Positions 1 through 11,645 of a DNA stretch of 64,000 nucleotides are shown piece after piece. Source of the DNA: Phallusia mammillata (taxonomy: Eukaryota); the NCBI GenBank assembly GCA_965637545.1, contig OZ281501.1, positions 3,348,001 through 3,412,000 on the forward strand, in the 5' to 3' direction. Below the pieces are notes generated by a model. It saw only the letters and a program-made list of their open reading frames with translations. It made no database searches and was not told the DNA's origin. Positions within the stretch are counted from its first letter, which is position 1, and every line of letters starts with the position of its first letter. The position numbers were made by a program, and so were the translations under genes.

Positions 1-694
1 ATCCATTTTTAGTGAACTGCGTGATTTTTTTGCTGTGTTGATATCGCAGTGTAAATATCAAGCAACAAAAAATAGTTACGTTTTTATTCTGTGGCAACCA
101 CGTTCATCACGGACATTTAGCTGACCATACAACCGCAAAAGGTGATTGATGATTAAGGAGGATTTTCTTTATGAGCTTGCCAATGATTCCGCGTATTTTA
201 AAATCACGAGATTTTCCAATGTGGTGAAACACTTCGAATTTGACCATATGACTTGAGCTGTGGTTTACCTGTTAGATCGTTGCAATAGGCAATATTATAA
301 ATGGCATAACAGCAAGTTACACAGTTTTAGATAAAGCTTGCAATTAAAGAACTTTGGTTTAAATTGATTTGTAAAAGAAATGCAAGGCAAATTTCAAAAG
401 ACAACAGTTAAAGTTAGTTTGAAAGTTTTTCATTGACTTTGCATTGAAAAGATGGCCAAATGCGGTATAAAGCGAGATAAACATTTTTTTTCTTATTTTC
501 CAAACGCTATATCGTAATATGCAAACAAATTTTAGTTTTTCTTAAAGGGAGTAATGCTTTGATTGCAGGCCTAAAACCACCAATTACAAATTTAACTTAA
601 ATAACAAAAGTGTAATATGGCTTTAGAGCGGTGTAGGTAACATTTTTGTAGTAGCGGAGACATTTAACCAAAACTTTTGCTCTGAATCCCTGAG

Positions 695-863
695 CAGTGT
701 TTGTTTAAGGTGTTTTGGGGGACCGTTTCTCGTTTTGGGGGACCGAAATTTGGACTTGCAATTCGTTTAAGCAAATATGGCTATTTTTTGGTATTTAAAA
801 AAACACTTGCGGTATCTTAAAACTACTTAGCGATCACCCAAACCAAACCTTAAACAAAACCTG
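695..863. mobile_element. hAT-type MITE
   Basis: Imperfect TIRs CAGTGTTTGTTTAAGG / CCTTAAACAAAACCTG; perfect 8-bp TSD TCCCTGAG at 687-694 and 864-871. Confidence 0.85.
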
Positions 864-2862
864 TCCCTGAGCATAAAATTATTCAAGTAGTTCTGTAAAA
901 ATTCTGATTAAAATGCTTTATTTGTTTTCCCGAACAAAAACCATGACGCTACTAAAGATTTTGAAAATCAGCTACTCAAAAACGAAAAATGCGTTTGGTA
1001 CACAAAGAATTCAAGGTACAAGTATGTTAATATATTTTTAGCTAACTAGTTCCGGCCTGCCATAAATTTATTGAAATATTTTTTCTTATCAGACAATGTA
1101 ATTAAAAGTTTCTCCGGCTGTCCATTAGAGAAAGATTGATTGATGACCAGCATACCATGCCATCGCCCTAGAAAGAGTGCATTGTTAAACCGCCTTGTTA
1201 TTGATTGCTTACTAAACGGTTATGTACACATTAAAACATTAATTCCGGACAATAGCGTTGAGTTTGCCATTTTGTTGCAGACATATGCTATGCGCCCACT
1301 GCACGTAACCGCAAACATGTATGACGGAGGCAGTTCCTCTTTTAATAAATTTATCACACAGTCAGCTACGAGATCAAGCGTCCACCGCTTAGCGAATTAC
1401 GTCAGTCAATGTGGACACTATTGATGTTTGTCAGGTTGCGCCACTGACCTCGATAAAATTTGTACAGCGATTACCAATGTTTTGCATTGCGCGCGAACTA
1501 GCACTGATTTGCACGCGAAATTATTAGTTCAGTAGCAATATTTGTCCACAGATGTAAAAGGCGGTCTTGAAAAAGAGAGAATAAGCTAACGAAGCCCTTA
1601 TAGTGTGTACATTGGATTCAAGTTGGTTGAATCAGTGCATATATAAGATGGCTTTCGTCAGGGGGTAGCTCATTCTAATTTTTTATCTTGTGTGTACATT
1701 ATAACCACATAGTCAATTTGATATTTTGTCGTTTTAAATTAGTTATATTTGCCCTTGGAATCGTTTGTGTGGAGTTTCATCTAATTAAGGATGTATTTTG
1801 CATTTCTCCAAATTTAGCGGTTCCTCAAAATGGACTCTTGTGGATTTCTCCTAGTTATTACGGTACGATTTTTTTCATTTTGCCCATAGCTTGCTCTGTG
1901 AAAATTACTGTAGGTTGGTAATTTATTTATGTGTTTAATAAAGGTGATAAATTTCGCACAAACTGCGGTTTGCCAACGTTAAAGTTTATTCTCAGCCCAA
2001 TGCAAAACATCCAGTTCAGGGGAAGATTAGGCATTTCATTAGTTTGAAAATGTCATTCGTAACGTTATATCAGTGACCGTTACGTTGAAAACGTTGCTTT
2101 TGTAAGTGCACCAATTTCTCATTAGTTTTTTACTATGGCAAAACAGGATTTGTAACGTTATAAATAGTTTTCACCTATAAGGATTTCAGATGTCCTATCA
2201 TCAGGGGTAGGGAACCGCTGGCATGTGTGCCAATGTTGACGAGCGAGGTGATAATTTATGACATACTCAGTGATTCGGATGGGCGTTTTCGCATGTCTAA
2301 AAATAATTTGACCTATTACAACTTTTGCTTTGGTGTAGCAATCCTGAAACGCTACCTTACCAGCAATTGTTCAAAACAGCTAAAACAAAAATGCTTAAAA
2401 GGAGAAGCGACTATTATTTTGACAGTACAGCAAGCTAAGTGTTCTTTCTCATCAGTTTGTGATTGTTACAAAACGGTTCCAGTAAGGTTAAAAAATAGTT
2501 ACCAGAAAAGTATTTTGAATAACATACCAGTAACATACAACTGTATTTGCGATGCCCGGCATATACCAATAGTTTCTATAGCAACGGCATGACAAATATT
2601 CCAAGTATTAGGCGAGAATGTCAAATTTGTTATAGGAGCAAACAACTGATAGTTTGGGACTTTTGCAGGGACTGAAGATTATGAAGTGATCTGCAAACAA
2701 TATTATCGATATCCCATTGTTTGTCCAGTCATACCTGTTGGCCCCCAGAGCGCTTGAAATTACCATCAAGTTCACACTAGAAAAAATATAGTTTTAATTT
2801 TATTTTATTTTTGTACACAAACATTGTTTCTATTTCAGTCACTGTACTGAATCAGTATGGCT

Positions 2863-2919
2863 TGGTGACTGGCAGATTCAGAAATAACGCCTTCAATGGG
2901 CCTGGCGTACTGTGATTTA
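2863..2919 (+). repeat. SINE core fragment (family also at 4549, 5258 and 11581)
   Basis: TGGTGACTGGCAGATTCAG..CGCCTTCAATGGGCCTGGCGTACTGTGATTTA closely matches 11590-11645 and the reverse complement of 5258-5312. Confidence 0.7.
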
Positions 2920-3126
2920 TGAGTGTGTTATGATCGCTGGTCTGCATAGAGACGCTTCAGGGCTGATCCCAGTTATGAATTTAGGTTCATCCTAATTGTT
3001 TCTATTAATTACGATTGTCAAAATTTATTTTGGTTGCAACGTTTTCTAACTACCTGCACCAAGTGAAACATCTAAAAAGGGGCACATCCAAGTTATTTAT
3101 CGAAAAAATACCCATATTGTTTAGCC

Positions 3127-3334
3127 CAGTGGTCGGCACGCGACAAAATCGTTACCGGGCCGTATCATTTTTCAGGTTAAATGCTTTAAAACATTTTGGC
3201 CATGTGTCCCGGGGATGATAAATAAATTTATGCGTTTTTATTGTTAAGTATTTGTAGTTTTTTGAAGGCCGGTCCGCGATAAAGAAATTAGTTTCAAAAA
3301 CGGTCCGCAGTAGAAGAAAGGTTGCCGGCCTCTG
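3127..3334. mobile_element. hAT (Charlie/Buster-like) MITE
   Basis: Ends CAGTGGTCGGCA / TGCCGGCCTCTG; perfect 8-bp TSD GTTTAGCC at 3119-3126 and 3335-3342. Confidence 0.85.
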
Positions 3335-3449
3335 GTTTAGCCCATACAACTAATATTTAATTTGCCCCCGCAGCATGTTCTTTACTCTTTAAACAATGAT
3401 TTCAAGTGGGTAATTAATTAAAAGTTATCCTGGCTCAAATTTAAGTGCT

Positions 3450-4140
3450 TCACCCGATATGTCTGAGGTTACATCGCGGTTAAAATAAGGAGTGAAAGTG
3501 TTTTACGGCAAACCGGTTGGCGCCATACCAATACTCCCCGCAAGCTACTAAGTCAACCGAAAGATTCAAACAGTACCTTTAAACAACGAGGTGTTGTATA
3601 TTCTATTCACTGCGCCGAGTGTCCGTTGATATATATCGGGGAGGCTGCATGGAAGGTCACTCAACACCTGTTAAAAGAACATCAACGGGATGTTGCCAAC
3701 AACGACGCGAAGAACTGGAAAAGACTATTTCTTAAGTTATGGAATATTCACCAACCGGGCAACACAATGAACATCAAAGCAGAAGTGATGCTTTCACGCT
3801 CAGTGTATTCGTTGTGTTGTGACGTGCTTGTGTTCCATTCTTTTTTCCTTTGTTTCTCGTGTTATCTTTTTTCGTCTACCCCTGAGCAAGTACAGCTATA
3901 AATTCATTTTCGTCAAAAACTTACTAATCTGATTTTATATTGTGTTCTGATACAAATAGTAAATGGTTTGTCAATTCTAAAATCGTCTAAATCCTAATTG
4001 TGTAACAACTGCTTTACTAAGTGTTATTTACCCAGTGTTAGTGTTATTTACCCTGATGCATTCAGTGTTATTCACCCTGATGAAGGCGATCTGTATAAGA
4101 CGTCGAAACATCGGAATAAAATCACATTTGCCAGAAGAGC
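3450..4140 (+). mobile_element. Penelope-like retroelement 3' relic (degenerate GIY-YIG endonuclease plus hammerhead-bearing terminal repeat)
   Basis: Frame from 3542 reads KLLSQPKD..QRGVVYSIHCAECPLIYIGE..LLKEHQRDV..WKRLFL..TMN, the Penelope GIY-YIG pattern GVVY-x-I-x-C-xx-C-xxx-YIGE..KEH; a CTGATGA..GAAAC hammerhead core follows at 4077-4112. The 5' boundary is approximate. Confidence 0.8.
4065..4120 (+). ncRNA. minimal type I hammerhead ribozyme (Penelope-type), probably impaired
   Basis: CTGATGA 4077-4083, stem II GGCG..CGTC, GAAAC 4105-4109, then ATC instead of GTC (C-A mismatch in stem III). Confidence 0.65.
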
Positions 4141-4398
4141 AACAGTTTATTTATGAAAGTGTTGTGCGGACAACAAACCAAAATACGTCATGGCCAAACG
4201 TTAACAGACCACCGGTCTATTGTGATGTAATGTTGAAAAAAATATCGTATGTTCTATTTGGGAATACGGTCTCATCTTTTGAATTATCGCTACCTCATAG
4301 AGAGAAAATCAAGCAAAAAGATACATTATTGCTTTTACAAAGACCTAAATCTTCTTACCTTTGGTTAAGCACGTTTCATCACATACATTTCACCGACC

Positions 4399-4443
4399 AT
4401 GAAATCGTTGTGCGCGTTGCTCTTTGGACAATACTTGTCACTG
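4399..4443 (+). CDS. candidate exon 1 (signal peptide N-part, MKSLCALLFGQYLSL) of secreted beta-trefoil/IL-1-like gene A
   Basis: ACC-ATG context, hydrophobic 15 codons, phase-0 GT donor (weak, CTG|GTTTTC) with an in-frame stop just after; joins the phase-0 acceptor at 6167 to give a continuous signal peptide ..LSL-VFVFLSNFITNTSG|RS. Confidence 0.5.
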
Positions 4444-4548
4444 GTTTTCACATAAAAAAACTTCAGACGTGTCTTTGCATTGGAAATGGTAATTGTCTAA
4501 AAATGTGTACACAAAGATGCCAATAGTTATTTTGAATGTAAGAGCGCA

Positions 4549-4600
4549 TGGTGACCGGCTTATTTGGTGTGACACATTCACTAGGCCTGGCGTGCTTTGA
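4549..4600 (+). repeat. diverged SINE core fragment
   Basis: TGGTGACCGGCTTATTTGGT..AGGCCTGGCGTGCTTTGAT similar to the 2863 and 11590 copies. Confidence 0.55.
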
Positions 4601-5257
4601 TAGTTTTTTTCAAGTTGTCATTAAAACAAGGTTGACTAGATGAGAATTTAAGTGAAGAGGGAAAGTGTTTTTGTTTTCATAGAGATAAGACTAAAGGGCT
4701 TTTGCTTAAGTGAAGGAGGCGTACTAATAGGTTTTGGCACGCATTCAAACCTGAATTGCAATTTTCATCTAAATAAACAAAAAATTTTTTTACAGTATCG
4801 CAAAGAATTGTTTCAGAAATTGCTTTTCGGAACAGAAACTGAACCGAACTTCTAACTAAGTTTTTTTAAATTTATTCTAACAGGCCATTCTAAGTAAAAT
4901 GGATACATGGGGATTTCTCCTGATTTTAATGGTACGAAAACACATACATTTTGCCTTGTTCGCTGGGTCCAAATCAGTCTTCGGGCTGTTTCATGTGCTT
5001 AAAGACGAAATATATCACTAACAACTTGCTGGTTTGTTACCTGTAGCTCCACACGCCTTTCCTTAACACAAGCGGTTATTATTTGTTCTTCGATCCAGCA
5101 GTAGTGTTTGCACAGTACGTCAAACCAACTTGAGTTTCCTGTATTGCCCTTGGTTTTTGCGCTCCACGACATTCAAACATTTGTCGTCTTTTTAGACTGA
5201 ATGATTGCTGCAATTCTATTAGTTTTTCACAATCGAAAATACTCAACTTATCAAAGA

Positions 5258-5420
5258 ACGCCAAGCCGATTGAAGGCGTTATACCGAATCAGTCGGTCAC
5301 CGAGCATTCACCACCATATGGAAAAACGTATAGGCTAGAAAATCCAGCCTGTGGTGGGATTCGAATCCAAGACAGGAGTCTTTTCAGGACTCGCGCTCTG
5401 CCAACTGATCTACACGACTC
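5258..5420 (-). mobile_element. tRNA-derived SINE (head plus core)
   Basis: Minus strand: A box TAGATCAGTTGG (5412-5401), B box GGATTCGAATCCC (5368-5356), followed by the core repeated at 2863, 4549 and 11581. Confidence 0.7.
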
Positions 5421-5460
5421 AGTGGAGAACCCGCCTTATGTTGAATCACAAGCATCGTTG

Positions 5461-5828
5461 CAGTGGCGTAGGCAGCCAAAAATTTTGGGAGGGGCCAAAT
5501 TTTTTGTTGTCTCGCACATCTTTTTGCTAACGCTCGGCGTGCTTTTACCAAAATCGTGAAACTGTGCCAGACTGTGGTTCGACGGGACAGCCTAACGCTT
5601 TATTGATTTATTTCATGTCTGCATAAATAAAAAAGCATGGATGACAAAAGTCAATGACAAAAAATGACAAAAGTCATTTTTGGTAATAAATATTTTCCTT
5701 TGTCAGTTGAGAGACAAAACCACAATGGACAGGGACGAAACTACTCTAAATTAAAGTTTATCAATGTATAACTTTGAAAATTTGGTAGGGGCCATGTCCC
5801 TTTTTGCCCCTCCTTGGCTACGCCACTG
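5461..5828. mobile_element. MITE with CAGTGGCGTAG termini
   Basis: TIR CAGTGGCGTAG / CTACGCCACTG with GC-rich subterminal GGGGCC/GCCCC blocks; TSD not clean. Confidence 0.7.
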
Positions 5829-6166
5829 TACCGTTACTGTACCGTTGCCTGCCTCGTATATGCTGCACATGTCAGCATGTTTTCTATCTAACGATGCCGT
5901 GATCGCTTGTCTGCATCGAAGCTTCAGGGCTGATCCCAGCTATTCATCTAAGTCTTAAACTCAACTTATATTAACTGTATTTGCTTTTGTGTTGGTTTTT
6001 AGGAATACATAATTAGCTATTTGTAACGTTTTATTGCTCTTCGAAAATGAATCCTAATTACCGTTTGCATTAAACAACCTAAAGAAGTGCTGAATTATAT
6101 CAGATAGGTCAAAAATGATTTTTATGGTTACTAAATGTGTAAGATAATCTTACTCTTATTTTGTAG

Positions 6167-6673
6167 GTTTTTGTCTTCCTGTCAAACTTCATAACCAACA
6201 CATCTGGCCGGAGTATTTGCAAAAAAGTGGTCACTGTACAGTGTTATGATCTAGATGGCCAAACCTTGGGAAAGAAAGGAAAAATACTTAAGATGGTAGT
6301 AGCTACAGAACCTGTGAAATTCCGAATGTGGACATACCCTGAAGTTGACCCGGAAGCGTTTGTTCTAGAGCATAGAAATGGAAAAGTTTTAAACCTAACA
6401 CGCAAAACGCGAAAACGACCACAATTTTTGACACTGTCTAAAAATGGAAGCAAACCGGAAAACTTTAGTCCCGGCGATAAACGTTTTTTCAAAAATCATT
6501 ACGATCCTTTAAATGAGAAAACATATCTTATGCCTTGGCATCAAACAAAAAATAATACCTATTTCCAATGTCGTTTAAGACGTTCTTATGTACCTGAGTT
6601 AAGAGCAGGCTACAAACAAAACAGGACAATGGGTGTATACACTAAACAAACAAACGACACGCAATGCAACTGA
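6167..6673 (+). CDS. main coding exon of gene A: secreted basic beta-trefoil protein, IL-1-family-like (about 183 aa, 154 aa mature)
   Basis: Acceptor TTATTTTGTAG|, 168 open codons; begins with signal-peptide end VFVFLSNFITNTSG; strand pattern VQCYDLDGQTL / VKFRMWTY / FVLEHRNGKVLNL / FLTL / DKRFF / TYLMP / TYFQC parallels IL-1b CTLRDSQQKSL / VVFSM / VALGLK..LYL / LQL / EKRFVF / EFES / WYIST; six N-glycosylation sequons. Confidence 0.65.
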   Translation, partial: VFVFLSNFITNTSGRSICKKVVTVQCYDLDGQTLGKKGKILKMVVATEPVKFRMWTYPEVDPEAFVLEHRNGKVLNLTRKTRKRPQFLTLSKNGSKPENFSPGDKRFFKNHYDPLNEKTYLMPWHQTKNNTYFQCRLRRSYVPELRAGYKQNRTMGVYTKQTNDTQCN

Positions 6674-6724
6674 TCACGTTAGTTTAACCGCTGTGTGGCG
6701 CTACCGATGTGCTAAGCCACACTA

Positions 6725-6975
6725 GCTACCGTCTGGGGCGCCTGACCCATATACAGACATAAAAAACCTGATCGGGATTCGTCCCCGGGAGAGTCCTGGG
6801 TTCGAACCCCGTGAAAACAAAAAAACAAACAAAAAAGAGGTAGTAAAGTCGCGGGCAGAAACTTGGCCGAATGGTCTGTCGCGCCTGACCGACATTCAGA
6901 CATAAAAACTTGTTCTGGATTCGTCCCTGGAAGTGTCCTGGGATCGAACCCCGCAAAAAAGAGGGAGTAAAGTCC
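6725..6975 (+). repeat. tandem dimer of a tRNA(Leu/Ser)-derived SINE-like unit
   Basis: Two roughly 125-bp units sharing GCGCCTGACC..CAGACATAAAAA..GGATTCGTCCC..GTCCTGGG(T/A)TCGAACCCCG, an A-rich tract and GAGG.AGTAAAGTC; A box TGGCCGAATGGT in unit 2. Confidence 0.7.
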
Positions 6976-8422
6976 CAAAAGGAGTTGAATCTTTATGTCA
7001 TACATAGGTTTTTTACATGTAAGTTATACATTTGCAGTTTAATCGTGTTTTCTAATTATATGTAAATATCACCCTTGTTCGACATTTATTTTAAACGTCC
7101 ATGCCCTATTTTTGCAGTTTTACAACTTTCGTAACTCACGTTTTAGCCATTTTCCTCATTTCACCTCCTGTTCAATTTTCTGCTTGTATATGCAACGATT
7201 ACTGTGTCGATTGGGGCCAATCTTTAGTCGAATTGTGTCAATAAAATTGTTTTTAGGTCTCTCTTTTGGAGTTTTGCTTAATGTTATACCTCATCTGTAT
7301 GAATAACTAATAACCCACTATTGTACATGTGTGCTATGGTTAATACCCTTATGTTTTCGAACCAGCAATTTGTTTATTTTTATCCCTAAATAGTAAGCAA
7401 CTTTAATTACTTCCAAAATGTACATACATATTTAATGTATCGTAAACATGCTTGCAATCAGTATCAAGTACTGCTTACTAAAACAGTCATTTTTAACAGG
7501 AATTTTTTTTATTAGTGATGTACCAAATATTTGTTTTGCCAAATTTATTCGGTAAAATCAGCAAATTTTTATCAAGATTTGGTTTCGGTACAAATCTAAT
7601 TAAACCGATTTGGTGTATCACTAGTTTTTACAGCCAAAAATGAGCAGTTTTGGGGCGTCCAGTTTAACCGTACTTTATGCTTTTTCCTTTTTTAATCGAC
7701 TGTATAAACAATGACTAGCTACAAGATCGGATCTTGTGTCTATAATTAAATATTAATGCTGGTGCGATGGCCTTATATCATTTTTTACGAACAAGTGCTT
7801 GAATTTTCGTCGGGCCTACCATGGCGAGCCTTGCGGATATCTGAGTGGGTATGGTGCACTGTGGTCTAAACTAGATAGATTTCGCTGTGGTGGGATCAGG
7901 CTGTACGTTTTTTGATCTGGCTACATGGAAATGATAGCGACAACAGCGTAATTTGGTATCATACTCTTTGTTATTGCAAATGTAAAATATAACACATATC
8001 CGAACAAAAGTATTCGCCATAGGGTCAAAGCATTTTTTACTAAAGATATGTTATGTTTTAACTAACATTTACAAGCGGTTAGTAAAAAAACTACAAATTT
8101 CGCACTGGCTGCGTATAAGTACAGAATTGCAGCATGTTAGTGTATTCTTTCGTAATTGGATGTTCCAACCTGTATTTTTAGCCAGCCGAAACTGTTTTCT
8201 TATTCTTTTCTCAAAAATGAAAAGTTCAGCGACAATGCATTTCCCCTGGGGGACAATGGTTTTTTACCCCACATGCCTTAGTGTGAGTCATTTTACTTTC
8301 GCTTCCTGATCAACACAAACCCACTGAGGTCATACCAACAGCGATAGCAGCAAAGCACAAAAATAGTGCAAGTATCCTCAATTTTGTGAATACAGATCGA
8401 ATGATATATACAATACTTGTAC

Positions 8423-8671
8423 CATGGGCGCCGGCAGTCTTTTTTCCAGGGGGGTCAAATTTGGACAAATTTGCAGGGATAGATTACTATATCAAGTAAT
8501 TATGTACACATTCCTTGTTTAGACATTCACTTTGACTATATCAATTTCCCTTTTTAGAGCATTCGTTTTTCATTCATCTCGTTTTTCAAGAAAATGTTGT
8601 AATTTTGCGGTACTTTGAAATTCCATGGGGGGACAAGTGCCCCCTCTTGCCCCTACGTGGCGGCGCCTATG
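8423..8671. mobile_element. hAT-type MITE
   Basis: TIR CATGGGCGCCG / CGGCGCCTATG; perfect 8-bp TSD ACTTGTAC at 8415-8422 and 8672-8679. Confidence 0.88.
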
Positions 8672-10740
8672 ACTTGTACTAAATTTATTGCAAGATTTCT
8701 GTTCACGTTGCTAGATTCGCATCAGCTTAGGATTTAGATGATGTTTCGTATAAAGTAAACTGTTATAACGTGATTGCTATGACGTCATGCTTGAAATAAA
8801 CTTAAAGTCGGCGACCCGTCGTGACTTGACAGCACTGCAAGGTTTAAAATAAGTCTTGAATTTGCTTGCCTTAATTAATTAAATACTTATCACCCAAATT
8901 TTTCCTAGCGCTTGAATCTTAAAACAAAACTTCCTTAAATTTACGAAACATTCGCAAGAAAAACTGCAAAAATTACCAACGTCCGGCGGACGAAATGCGC
9001 TACAATTCAAACCTTGACGAAGCAATAAGATTGAAAACACCATCTTGTAATGGCTCCTACTCCCACCATAAACATTAGTATGTGTGCCAAACGCAATTCT
9101 GTATAGCCAAACGAAACTTGATTAAAAAAAAAACGCTTTAAAAACGGTAAATTCTACACATAAAAAGTGCAACAGTTTACTGCGCAAAGCTAGTTAGGAA
9201 ACCAGCTTAAGATGCGTAAAAATCACAACAAAAGTAAATCAGTTATAAACGTGGTAAGTCCAATAGCAAGCGTCCAGTACCTTGCTAGCGCTACAAACGA
9301 CTGTATGCAGCTGTTTGACAAACTGCTTTTTTTCACAAATAGTCATAGCATGCATGAGCAACCAGATCAGTTTATGGTTGGCATGTTTTGAAGCAAAGCA
9401 GAAACCCACTTTGTTGGTCATCACCACATCTTATCACGTTTCTGTGAGAAATCAACAAGGCAATTTTCATCGTTCATTAACGATTTGCGTAAACGAAACC
9501 AATTACTTCACGCAAACAGCAACTGGATTTTGAAGTCTAAAACCAGTGGTTCGAATTTTGCTCCTAAGTTTCCCATTTTTGTTGCAAAGACCCCTTTTTT
9601 TAGGTTTATGAAGTCTGTATACCGCTTATTAGAAATTGAATTCTTTTTTTGTATTGCACCTTATAGACCCCTCGACATGACGAACTTTGTGTACTTTGTA
9701 CTACAGTACTCGGCACAAAATTAATTACAATAATACAGTTCGACAAAGGCTCCGAAAGTCAAATTTACCATTGTAAAATTACATTACAAATGGCCTTGAG
9801 CAGTTGAATTTTGACCCGAAAACTTTATTCTTCAATATATTAAAATCATAGCTATCGTTTGTGAATGAAACGTTAATTGACTAAGTTTTACCCAAATTTT
9901 GTCTGATCATATAGCACTACCAAAAACAATTCACATTTTATTATTTTTACATGTTTCCTGCGAAGTAATACAACATATTTGAAGATTTAGCAGATTGTAA
10001 AAATAGAAACAAGTTATATCTAAATTACAGCGGAGCAAGTGGTGCATGTAGTTACGTGCAACACCACGCATAATACACTTGAAGTATTTGTAAGTAAAAA
10101 CTACAAATTTGGTAACCAACATGCGGCACAAAAGTTCAACAATGTACACGTTTTTATAGATTGTTTTCTGTTTATTGCTGCAATGTTGCAAACTATTTTG
10201 TGTTTGTTCAAGCGTTTTTTCGTAAAATATTTTATGACTAGCAGTAAGGATAATAGAAAAATAATTTACGACAAGCATGTGTACATTTGTGTTCTCGTTC
10301 GTCACATTAAAATATTGTGAAAAATTGCCTTTTAAACAAAAAGCGTAAAGCATTAAAACCACGATCGAGCGAAAGCAGTCACCAAGCTGGCAAAGTCCAA
10401 GTCTAAAAAATAAAACTTTGTCTAAAATGTTTTATATTTTTTATAGTTACCATTTTTACATTGTAAATTTATAGTTTATTTTTACTTTAGGAAAAACTGT
10501 AATAAGTATCAGAAAAACACCAGAAAACCGTTGGTTTTGCGCTCAACAAGTGTTGAAGTAAACAAAGTATTATGTTCAAGAGTCAGGTCTACACAGCTTT
10601 GGGTAACAAGGTTTGATACTTTTATGTATAAATGAACAGACCAACGCCTCAACAAAAGATCTCTTCGTTTCGGAGTTTTTGAAAACAGAAACGAAACAGA
10701 ATAAATAACGTAAATTATAGACTCTAAGCAGCTAAGGCTT

Positions 10741-11516
10741 TCAAGCTAGATCCACGTCCCACATATCAACTCCCGAATGGTGTTCTGTCAAAACCAGCTT
10801 TGATTCGTTGCCCAGTGCAACTGAGAGTAAGGTTCCTGATCGATTATTCCACGTAGAGCTGGGATGAAGAAACCCGAAACTTGCTCCACCTGTCCGCGTC
10901 ACATTGAGGACAAAAAGCCGGGGATCGCTGGTGTCAGAGTCGACGTCCACGTCCAGAGGGTCGCCCCATTTGCGTTCCGGTGACAATTTGATTTCTTGGC
11001 TGTCGGTATCACAGACAACGTATTTACGCTTTGAACGTACTGTAACAGCAAACATAAACGTGAGTGGAAATCCTGGCCTGGTTGAGCCAAATTGCCATCG
11101 TATGATAGGGTTTCCGCCATCGACTATTCGGAGTCCCCCTTGTGCCCCCCAGTGCCTGCCAAGCGTGGCGTGTCGAACGTAGCAATCTCTTTCTTCTGAG
11201 ACCCCGGCTTCTAATTCACAAGCGTGAGTTAGGGTGACCGGAGTTTCGCAGACTGGCGAGCCTATGAAGTTCTGCAGAAAATCGGTAAAGTGTTGCGTAA
11301 CCTTGCACTTTTCGCGAGGTTTTGGACTCGTGGATTTTGTTTCTGTTTCATCACTGGTCGCCTTTAGATTCATTTTCTTCATATCGGCCACGCCCGAGTA
11401 ACGCCGCACCGTCTGTTTTACGGATTCCTCTTCAATTATAAAACTTCGTCCGTTTTCGGTTTTAGTCTCTAATCCACAATTTGCACGGGTCGCGAGTTGT
11501 TCTGTCTCGAGTTTGA
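10741..11516 (-). CDS. exon 2 of gene B: leaderless precursor with C-terminal IL-1-family-like beta-trefoil (272 aa in total)
   Basis: Longest ORF in the window; minus-strand acceptor TTTATATTTTTCAG| phase 1; C-terminal ~147 aa shows CYVRH, GFPLTFMFAV..KYVVC, EIKL, DPRLFVL, FLHP, LLSV-x7-LVL, DMWDV, paralleling IL-1b/IL-18 strands. Confidence 0.75.
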
Positions 11517-11580
11517 CTGAAAAATATAAATAAACAAACTTGAGCATGTGTTTATCACGGCACGCTCATAAATATAAATT

Positions 11581-11645
11581 GTGAATGCTTGGTGACCGGC
11601 TGATTAGGTATGGCGCCTTAAATGGGCCTGGCGTACTGTGATTTA
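11581..11645 (+). repeat. SINE core fragment in the gene B intron
   Basis: GTGAATGCTTGGTGACCGGCTGATT..CGCCTT.AATGGGCCTGGCGTACTGTGATTTA matches 2863 and the reverse complement of 5258-5312. Confidence 0.7.

Noticed and set aside
3626-3901. ORF MIYIGE.. as a functional gene
   Set aside because: Decayed Penelope GIY-YIG fragment with no ATG start, and the conserved Arg region is degenerate
6115-6166. MIFMVTKC|GTAAGA as first exon of gene A
   Set aside because: Would require a 28-nt intron; the 4399-4443 exon gives a better signal peptide. 989-1015 (MRLVHKEFK|GT) is a weaker alternative
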